From: the human T2T-CHM13v2.0 reference genome, Homo sapiens
Assembly: GCF_009914755.1 (NCBI RefSeq)
Contig: NC_060927.1
DNA length: 64,000 nucleotides
Strand: one strand, 5' to 3'
Within the stretch, counting starts at the first letter, position 1; the number at the start of each line of letters is the position of its first letter. Position numbers and translations under genes: made by a program. Positions 53,409 through 64,000 of this stretch are shown piece by piece. The notes beneath the pieces are model-generated. The model was not told the origin of the DNA and did no database searches. It worked only from the letters and a program-made list of their open reading frames with translations.

Positions 53409-55727
53409 CTTTTTTCATCTACTCATTGGTTGATGGGCATTTGGGTTGGTTCTAAATTTTTGCAATTGCAAATTGTGCTGCTATAAACATCTGTGTGCAA
53501 GTATCTTTTTCATATAATGTCTTATTTTCCTCTGGGTGGATACCTGGAAGCGGGATTGCTGGATCAAATGGTAGACCTAATTTTAGCTCTTTAAGGAATC
53601 TCCACACTGTTTTTCATTGTATTAGTTTACATTCCCACCAGCAGTGTAAAAGTGTTCCCTTTTCACCACATCTATGCCAACATCTATTGTTTTTTAATTT
53701 TTTTTTATTATGGCCATTCTTGCAGGAGTAAGGTGGTATGGCATTGTGGTTTTGATTTGCATTTCCCTGACCATTAGTGATGTTGAGCATTTTTTCATGT
53801 TTGTTGCCCATTTGTGTATTTTCTTTTCAGAATTGTCTATTCATGTCCTTAGCCCACTTTTTGATGGGGTTATTTGTTTTTTTCTTGCTGATTTGTTTGT
53901 ATTCCTTGTAGATTCTGGATATTGGCCCTCGTCAGATGTATAGATTGAGAAGATTTTCTCTCACTCTGTGGGTTGTCTGTTTACTCTGCTGTTTCTTTTG
54001 CTGTGCAGAAGTTTCCTAGTTTAGTTAAGTCCCATCTATTTATCTCTGTTTTTGTTGCATTTGCTTTTAGGTCTTAGTCGTGAAGTTTTTGGCTAAGCCA
54101 ATGTCTAGAAGGGTTTTTCTGATGTTATCTTCTAGAATTTTTATGGTTTCAGGTCTTAGATTTAAATCCTTGATCCATCTTGAGTTGATTTTTGTATAAG
54201 GTGAGCTATGGGGATCCAGTTTTATTCTTCCACATGTGACTTGCCAGTTATCCCAGCACCATTTGTTGAATAGGGTGTCCTTTCCCCACTTTATGTTTTT
54301 GTTTGCTTTGTTGAAGATCAGTTGGCCACAACATTTGGGTTTATTTCTGGGTTTTCTATTCTGTTCCATTGGTCTATGTGCCTATTTTTATACCAGTACC
54401 ATGTTGTTTTGGTGACTATGGCCTTATAATATAGTTTGAAGTTGGGTAGTGTGATGCCTCCAGATTTGGTCTTTTTGCTTAGTCTTGCTTTGGCTATGCA
54501 AGCTCTTTTTTGGTTCTGTATTCCATATGAATTTTAGGATTCTGCAGTTGTTGGGTAGAATGTTCTGTAAATATCTGTTAGGTCTATTTGTTCTAGGGTA
54601 TAGTTTAAATCCATTGTTTCTTTGTTGACTTTCTGTCTTGATGACCCACCTAGTGCTGTCAGTGGAGTATTGAAGTCCCACACTATTACTGTGTTGCTGT
54701 CTATCTCATTTCTTAATTCTAGTAGTAATTGTTTTATAAGTTTTGGAGCTCCAGTGTTAGGTGCATATATATTTAGGACTGTGATATTTTCCTGTTGGAC
54801 TAGTCCTTTTATTATTATATAATGTCCCTCTGTCTTTTTAAACTGCTGTTGCTTTAAAGTTTGTTCTGTCTGATATAAGAATGGCTACTCCTGTTTGCTT
54901 TTGGTGTCAATTTGCATGGAATATCTTTTTCCACACCTTTACCATAAGTTTATGTGAATTCATGTGCGTCAGCTGAGTCCCTTGTAGCCAGCAAATACTT
55001 GGTTGGTGAATTCTTATCCATTCTGCCATGGTGTATCTTTTAAGGGGAGCATTTAGGCCATTTACATTAAACATTAGTATTGTGATGTGAGGTAGCATTC
55101 TATTCATTGTGCTATTTGTTGCCTGAATACCTTGTTTTTTTCATTCTGTTGTTGTTTTACATATCATGTGATATTTATGCTTTAAGGAGATTCTATTTTG
55201 GTGCATTTCCAGGATTTGTTTCAAGATTTAGAGTTCATTTTAGCAGTTCTTATAGTTCTGGCTTGGTAGTGGCAAATTCTCTCAGCATTTGTTTGTCTGA
55301 AAAAGGCTGTATCTTTTCTTCATTTATGAAGCTCAGTTTTACTGGATACAAACTGCTTGGGTGATAATAGTTTTGTTTAAGGAGACTAAAGATAGGAACC
55401 CAATCCCTTCTAGCTTGCAGGGTTCCTGAGAAATCTACTTTGAATATGATAGGTTTTCCTTTATAGGTTACCTGATGCTTTGGCCTCACAGCTCTTAAGA
55501 TTCTTTCCTTCATCTTGACTTTGGATAAACTAATGACTATGTACCTAGGTGATAATCTTTTTGCAATGAATTCCTCAGGTGTTCTTTGAGCTTCTTGTAT
55601 TTGGATATCTAGATCTCTAGTAAGGCCAGGGTAGTTTTACTTGATTATTTCTTTACATATGTTTTCAAAACTTAGAGATTTCTCTTCTTCCTTGGGAACA
55701 CAAACTATTCTTAGATTGGTCATTTAA

Positions 55728-56056
<329 letters not shown>

Positions 56057-58507
56057 TGTTCATTTTTTAAATTCTTTTTTCTTTGTCTTTGTTGGATTGG
56101 GTTAATTTAAAAGCTTTGTCTTTGAGCTCTGAAGCTTTCTTCTACTTTTTCAATTCTATTGTTTAGACTTTCCAGCATATTTTGCATTTCTCTAAGTACG
56201 TCCTTCATTCCAGAAAATGTGATTGTTTTTTATTTATGTTATCTATTTATCCGAAGATTTTTCCATCCATATCCTGTAACATTTAAAAAATGCATTTGAG
56301 TTGGTATTCACCTTTTTCCAGTGTCTCTTTGAGTATCTTAATAATAGACCTTCTGATCTCTTTTTCTGGCAGTTCAGAGGTTTATTCTTGGTTTGGATCC
56401 ATTGCTGGTGAGGTAGTGTGATCTACATGTGTTAAAGAACTTCATTTTGTCATATTACCAGAATTGTTTTTCTGGTTCCTTCTCATTTGAGTAGGCTATA
56501 TCAGATGGAAAGTCTGGGGCTCAAAGGCTGATGTTCAGATTTTTTAGTCCCACAGGGTTCTTCCTATATGTGGGTACTGAGGGATGTGGCTTCCTGAGAG
56601 ATGAACTGCAATGATTGTTATTTCTCTTCTGGATCTAGCCAGTCAGTGGAGCTCCTGGGCTCTGGGGTGGTGCTGGGGAGTATCTGCAAAGAGTCCTGTG
56701 ACATGATCCATCTTAGGTCTCTCAGCCCTGGATACCAGCACCTGCTCCAGTGGAGATAGCAGAGGAGTCAAGTGGACTCTGCGAGGGTCCTTGGTTGTGT
56801 TTTTGTTTATCACACTAGTTTTGCATTGGTTGGCCTCCAGCCAGGAGGTGGTGCTTTCAAGAGATTATCAGCTGCAGTAGTATAGGGAGGATACAAGCTT
56901 GCCCTAGGGTCTCCTTTTATAAGTTTCTCAGGTAGTGGGTGGAGCCATAGGGCTCCCAAGAGATTATGTCCTTTGTCTTCAGCAACCAGGGCAGATAGAG
57001 AAAGACCATCATGTGGAGGCAGAGTTAGGTATGTCTGAGTTCAGACTCTCCTTGGGCAGAGCTTGCTGCAGCTGCTGTGTGGGATGGAGGTGTGGTTTTT
57101 AGTCCAATGGAGTTATGCTACCAGGGGGATTATGGCTGCCTCTTCTGCCTCATGGAGGTAACCAGGGAAGTAGGGGAAAGCCGGCAGTTACAGACCTCAG
57201 TCAGCTCCAGTGCAACCCGAAAGGCCAGTCTCACTTTCACCATGCCCCCCAACAGCACCAAATTGATTTCCAGGCAACAGGTGAACAGGGTTGAGTACTT
57301 GTCCCAGGCTCCAGGCATGCCTGCTGGGAAAGTAAGCAGGGCTTTCAGGTTTTGTGACTCCCCATCTGCTGCAACTTCTGTGCTGTGTCTACACCCCTGG
57401 TTCACCCTCTCCCCTAGATTCCGTCCAGGAAACTTCGCATAAAGTTGAAATTGTTACAGAGTTCAGCTGGAGTTTTCCCTCTCCCTGTGGTCTTTCCCCA
57501 GCTCCACCAGCAGCCCTCCCTAAGGACTCCTGCGAGACAAAGACAGAAATGGCTTCCCTGAGGACTGAGAGTGGTTACAGGGCTCTTCCTGCTGCTTCCT
57601 CTACTCCTGTATTTCACTTGGCTCTCTAAATTTGTTTCAGCTCCAGGTAAGGTCAAGTTCTTCTTCCATGATCTGGACCCTCAGGTTCTCCAGTGAGGAT
57701 GTATGTTCAGGGGCAGATGATCCCCCTTTCACACCTTCACGCTTTGCGCACTCACATTTTTTTGGCTGCCTCCTGGAGCCAGCAGCAGAAATCTGCTTCC
57801 TTCAAAGGGTCTGTGGATTCTCTCAGCTTCCCTGGTATGTTCCTTGGTTGTTCTCGGAGCAAAAGTTCACGATGTGAGTCTCCATACGCTGCTCTGTCTG
57901 TCTGAGTGGGAGCTGCAAGTTAGTCCTGGCTGCTATCCACCCTTTTTCCTCCCCCTGTGATTAAGCTTCTTAATATATATATGGCTACATTGTTCTAAAA
58001 TGAATATATGGTTAAAAATTTAGTCTAATTTTGGTATAAGTTATTCAAGTTAACAAAATACTACTTTAATAGAAGCAAATCATACCATTTTATTGTGCTG
58101 TGACTTTTCTAGGTTTTTAATCTTAGGATCTTTGTTTGCTGCATGTTGGTGTTTTTCAAAGCCTTTAGAGTGATGATAATTACCCAACCACTTTATGTTA
58201 TAGATGAAGTATGGTGCAGGGAAGTGATCATGGTTTGAAGCCAATATAAGCAATTCTTTTACTGGTTATGAGGAAATGCACATATATAATAATTTTTTTA
58301 AAAGAAACAAATGATTTTCTCATTTTATAGATTATATATGTTCATTAGAAAAAATTTAGAAAACACCAAAAAGTAGAAATGTAATGACCTGCTGTTTCAC
58401 TATCCAAATACTATCACTTTCAGCATTTCAGCCTTTATTCCCCCAATATTATTTATGTCTATTTGTATGTAATTGTGATAGCCTTTCATGTACAATTTTC
58501 TATATTG

Positions 58508-61500
58508 CTTTTTAAAAAATTTTGTGGGTACATATTAGTTGTATATATTTATGATGTACATGAGATATTTCAATGTAACCATACAATGCATAATAACCAT
58601 GTCAGAGTAAATGGGGTATCCATCACACAAACGTTTATCTTTTCTTTGTGTTACAAACAATCCAATTATACTCTTTTAATTGTTTTGAGGTATACAGTAA
58701 ATTATTATTATCATCTGCAGTAACCCTATTGTGTTAAGAAACACTAGATCTTATTCATTCTATCTAACTATATTTTTGTGTCCATTCACCATCCCCACAT
58801 CACCCTCCCACCACAACCCTTCTCAGCCTTGGGTAACCATCATGCTATTTTCTATTTCCATGAGTTCAATTGTTTTAATTTTTAGCTCCCACAAATAAGT
58901 GAAAAAATGAGAAGTTTGTTTTTGTGTGCCTAGCTTATTTACTTGACAGAATGTCCTTCAGGTCCATCTGTGTTGTTGCAAATAACAGGATTTCATTCTT
59001 TTCTATTGCTGAATTGTTCTCCATTGTGCATACGTATCACATTTTCTTTATCCATTCATCTGCTGATGGACACTTAGGTTGCTTCCAAATCTTGGCTATT
59101 GTGCCTTGTGCTGCAACAAACATCAAAAGGCAGATATCTCTTCAATATGCTGATTTGCTTTCACTTGGTATACCCTAGTGATGTATTTGCCTAGTAGTAA
59201 GGTAGTTGGATCATATGGTAGTTTCGTTTTTGGTTCTTTGAGGAACCTCCAAACTGTACTCCATAGTAGTTGTACTAATTTACATTCCCACCAACACTGT
59301 AGGAAGGTTTCCTTTTCTGCACATCCTCACTTGCATTAGTTATTGCGTGTCTTTTGGATAAAAGCCAGTTTAACTGGGGTGAGATGATATCTCTGTAGTT
59401 TTGATTTGCATTTATCTGATGATCAGTGATGTTGAGCACCTTTTCATATACCTGTTTGCCATTTGTATGTCCTCTTTTGAGAAATGTCTATTCAGATCTT
59501 TTGCCCATTTTTTATCAAATTATGAGATTTTATTGAGTTGTATGAGCTCTTTATATATTCTGATTATTCATTCTTTGTAGTTTGAAGTCTTATACTGAAG
59601 TCTTTAATCCATTTTACTTGATTTTTGTATATGGTGAGAGATAGGGGTCTAGTTTTATTTCTCTACATACAGATATCCAGTTTTCCCAGCATCATTTATT
59701 GAAGTGACTGTCCTTTCCCAAATGTACGTTCTTGGCTCCTTTAGTGAAAATGAATTTACTGTAAATGTATGAATTTATTTCTGGGTTATCTATTCTATTC
59801 CATTGGTTAATGTGTCTGTTTTCATGCCAGTACAATGCTGTTTTAGTTGCTATAGCTTTTTAGTATAATTTGAAATCAGGTAATGTGATTCCTCCAGTAT
59901 TATTCTTCTTGCTCAAAGGATAACTTTGGCTATTCTGAGTCTTTTGTACTTCCATATAAGTTTTAGGATTTTTTATGTTTCTGTGAAAAATGCCATTGGT
60001 ATTTTGCATTGAATCTCCAATTGCTTTGGGCAGTATGGACAATTTAGCAATATTAATTCTTTCAATCCATGAACATGGAATATCTTTCCATTTTTTGTGT
60101 ATGTCCTCTTCAATTTCTTGCATCAATGTTTTATAGTTTCATTGTAGAGTTCTTTCACTTTTTTGGTTAAGTTTATTCCTAGGTATCTTATTATTATTAT
60201 TAATTATTATTATTTTGTAGCTATTGTAAATGAGATTATTTTCTTGATATCATTTTCAGATTGTTAGCTGTTGGCATACAGAAATGCTACTGATTTTTGT
60301 ATGTTGGTTTGATATTTTGCAACTTTACTGAATTTGTCTAATAGTGTTTTTGTGGAGTCTTTGGGTTTTTCAAAATATAAGATGATATCATCTGCAAACA
60401 AGGATAATTTGACTTCTTCCTTTCCAATTTGGATGCCCTTTATTTCTTTCTCATTTATGATTGCTCTAGCTAGGACTTCAGGCATTGTTGAATAACAATG
60501 GAGTAAGTGGGCATCCTTGTCGTGTTCCAGATCCTAGAGAAAATGCTTTCAGTTTCCCTCATTTAATATGATGCTAGCTGTAGGTCTATCCTATGTGGCT
60601 TTTATTATGTTGAGTAATGTTCCTTCTATACCCAGTTTTCTGAGGGTTTGTATCAGGAAGGGATATTGAATTTTATCAAATGCTTTTACAGCATCAGTGG
60701 AAATGATCATATGATTTTTATCCTTAGTTCTATTGATTTGATGTATTACAATGATTGATCTACATCCCAGGGATAAAAACCACTGATCATGATGAGTGAT
60801 CTTTTAAATGTGTTGCTGAATTTAATTTGCTACTATTTTGTTGAGGACTTTTGCATCAGTGTTCGTCAGGAATATTGGCCTATAGCTTTTCTTCTTTGAT
60901 GTGTCTTATCTGGTTTTGGCGTCACAGTAATACTGGCCTCATAGAATGGGTTTGGAAGTAATCCCTCCTCCTCTATTTTTTGGAATAGTTTGAGTAGGAT
61001 TGGTATTCGTTCTTCCTTAGATGTTTGGTCAAATTCAGCAGTGAAGCCATAGCTTTCCTTTGCTGGGAAATTTTTTATTATAACTTCAAATTCACTACTT
61101 ATTGGTGTGTTAAGGTTTTGGATTTCTTCATGGCTTAATCTTGGTAGGTTGTATGTGTCTAGAAATTTATCCATTTCTTCTAAGTTTTCCAATTTATTGT
61201 CATCTAGTTGCTCATAGTAGTCTCTAATGATCATTTCAATTTCTGCAATATTGGTTGTAATGTCCCCTTATTCATTGCTGGTTTTATTTATTTTTATCTT
61301 CTCTCCTTTTTCTTATTTAGTCTGGCTAAAGGTTTGCAGATTTTGCTAATCTTATAAAAAAAATTTTTTCATCCTGTTGATCTTTTGTCTTTTTTAGTTT
61401 CAATTTCATTTCTTTTTGCTCTATCTTTATTACTTTCTTCTACTAATTTCGAGTTCAGTTTTTTCTAATACTTTAGGTATTAGAACAATTGTTAGGTTTT

Positions 61501-64000
61501 TTTTTGAAGTATTTCTACTTTTTTGATGTAGGTACTCATTGCTATAAACTCTCCTCTTAGTATTGCTTTTACTGTATCCCATAGATTTTGGTATTTTGTG
61601 TTTCCATTGTTGTTTGTTTCAAGACATTTTAAAATTTTCCTTTTTAAGTTCTTTATTGGCCCAATGGTCATTTAGGACCATATTGTTTAATTTTCATGTG
61701 TTTCTAAAGTTTCCAAAATTCCTCTTGTTATTGACTTCTAGTTTTGTTCCATTATGATCAAAGAAGATACTTGACATAATTTCAATTTTTCTGAATTTTT
61801 AAAGACTTGTTTTTTGGCCAAACATATGGCTTATCTTTGACAATAATCCATGTGCTGAGGAGAAAGCTGTGTATTCTGTAGCCATTGGATGGAATACTCT
61901 GTAACATCTATTAGGTCCATTTGATGTACAGTGCAGACTAAAATCTGATGTTTCTCTGTTGATTTTCTGTCTGGAAGATATGTCCAATGATGAAAGTGAG
62001 GTATTGAAGTCACCAGGTATTATTGTATTGGGGTCTATCTCTCTCTTTAGCTCCAATAATGTGTGTGATATACATCAGAGTGCTCCAGTGTGCATATATA
62101 TTTACAGTTATTATAACTTCTTGTGGTATTGGCCTCTTCATCATTATATAATAAACTTATTTGTCTCTTTTTATAGTTTTCATCTTGAAATCTATCTTGT
62201 CTGATGTAAGTATAGCTGCTCCTGCTATTTTTTGGTTTCCATTCATATGGGATATCTTTTTCTATCTCTTTATTTTCAGTCTATGTGTGTTTTTACAGGT
62301 GAAATGTGTTTCTTGTAGTCAATAGATCATTGGGTCTTATTTTTTAATCCATTCAGACACTCTGTTTCTTTTGATTGGAGAATTTAGTCTATTAACATTC
62401 AATGTTATTGCTGATAAATAGGGACTTACTCCGGCCATTTTGTTATTTGTTTTCTGGCAGTTTTGCGGTCTTCTCTTTCTTCTTTCCTTCCTCTCTGTCT
62501 TCTTTTCAGTAAAGGTGATTTTCTCTGATAGCACGTTTTCATTTCTTGCTTTTGACTTTCTGTGTGTCTGTTGTATGATTTTGGTTTGAGGTGACCATAA
62601 GAATGCAAATAATATCTTATACCCCATTAATTTAAATGCATGACAAATTAGTAGTGATTGCATAAAGAAACAATCTAACAAACAAGCAAAGAGGAAACTA
62701 ATCAAAACTGTATAGTTTAACTTTATTCCATCATTTTTAACTTTTTCTTGTTTCTCTTTACATTTTATTATATTATGTCGTGAAAAGTTGTAGTTATTTT
62801 TGATAGGCTCATCTTTTTGTCTTTCCAGTCAAGATATGAATAGTTGACATACCACAATTACAGTGTTACAATATTATATGTTTTTCTGTATACTCACTAT
62901 TACCAGCGAGTTTTGCACTTTCGGATGACTTCTTATTGCTCATGAATATCTTTTTTTTTTTTTCAGATTGAAGAACTCCTTTTAACATTCCTTATAGGAC
63001 AGATCTGGTGTTGATGAAATTTCTCTGCTTTCATTTGTCTGGGAAAGTCTTTATTTATCCTCCATATTTGAAGGATATTTACACTGGATATATTATTCTA
63101 GGATGAAAGATTTTTTTCTTCAGCACTTTAAATACATTATGCCACTCTCTTCTGGCCTATAAGGTTTCTACTGAGAAGTCTGCTGCCAGACAAAATGGAG
63201 AACCTCTTTGTATGTTATTTGTTTCTTTTCTCTTGCTGCTTTTAGGACTATTTCTTTGTCCTTGACCTTTGGCCGTCCAATTTGGGTTAACTCCGCTTGG
63301 TGTCTATAATCTTTTAGTACTTTAATATTGCTATCTTTCTCTGGGTTTGGGAAGTTCTCTGTTGTTATACTTTGGATAAACTTTCTAGCCTGATCTCTCT
63401 TTCTCTACCTCCTCTTTAAGGTCAGTAACTCTTAAATTTGTCCTTCTGAGGCTAATTTCTAGATCTTGTAGGTGTGCTTCATTCTTTTTTATTTTTTTTC
63501 TTTTGTCTCCTGTGACTGTGTATTTTCAAGGAGCCTTTCTTCAAGCTCACTAGCACTTTCTTCTGCTTTATTAATTTCACTGTTAAGAGACTCTGATGTA
63601 TTCTTGCATATGACCATTGCATTTTTTTAGCTCTAGAATTTCTGCTGGATTCTTCTTATTTATTTCAATCTGTTTGTTAAATTTATTTGATAGGATTTTG
63701 AATTCCTTGTCTGTGTTATCTTGAATTTCACAGAGCTTCCTCAAAGGAACTATTTTGAATTCTGTCTCTGAAAGTTCACATTTCTCTGTCTTTCCAGGAT
63801 TGGTCCCTGGTGCCTTATTTAGTTTGTTTTGTGAGATCATGTTTTCCTGGATGGCCTTGATGCTGTGGATGTTCATCAGTGTCTAGGCATTGAAGAGTTA
63901 GGTATTTACTGTAGTCTTTGCAGTCTGGGCTTATTTGTACCGGTCCTTCTTGGGAAGGCTTTCCAAGTATTTGAAAGAATGTGGGTGTTGTGATCTAAGT
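58508..64000 (-). mobile_element. L1MA-type LINE-1 (3'UTR, ORF2, ORF1), continuing beyond the window
   Basis: L1MA 3' end ttttgtgggtacatattagttgtatatatttatg. RT peptide [12 protein letters not shown] (60264-60485). EN start MAGVSPYLSAITLNVNRLNSPIKR. ORF1-like ELSETEFKI. Confidence 0.92.

Overview
This is primate (human-like) non-coding genomic DNA: AT-rich, CpG-depleted and dominated by interspersed repeats, with roughly half or more of the window recognisable by eye as transposon-derived. I find no host protein-coding gene, RNA gene, CRISPR array or prokaryote-type system. The long ORFs are LINE-1 ORF1/ORF2 remnants or artefacts of Alu, MER52 and microsatellite sequence. The main content is a layered record of insertions. 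(1) A 5'-inverted (twin-primed) L1 at ~2.4-3.2 kb. (2) A young L1PA with a second L1 nested inside ORF2 at 3.9-6.1 kb. (3) A MER52 LTR inside an MLT2 LTR. (4) A three-tier L1MC>L1MB>L1MA nest at 21.9-31 kb. (5) A near-consensus AluY with a pure A37 tail. (6) A full-length L1PB with a ~2 kb internal ORF2 deletion and an apparent short 3' transduction. (7) An L1MA running off the right end. Around these are many Alu, MIR, L2, L3, MaLR and DNA-transposon fossils. The most interesting non-repeat signals are an ~89-nt pre-miRNA/MITE-like hairpin at 47322-47410 and a nearby small CpG and TF-motif cluster at ~46.9 kb. Subfamily names come from recalled consensus motifs and were not verified with RepeatMasker or Dfam. 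Boundaries of old repeats are approximate.
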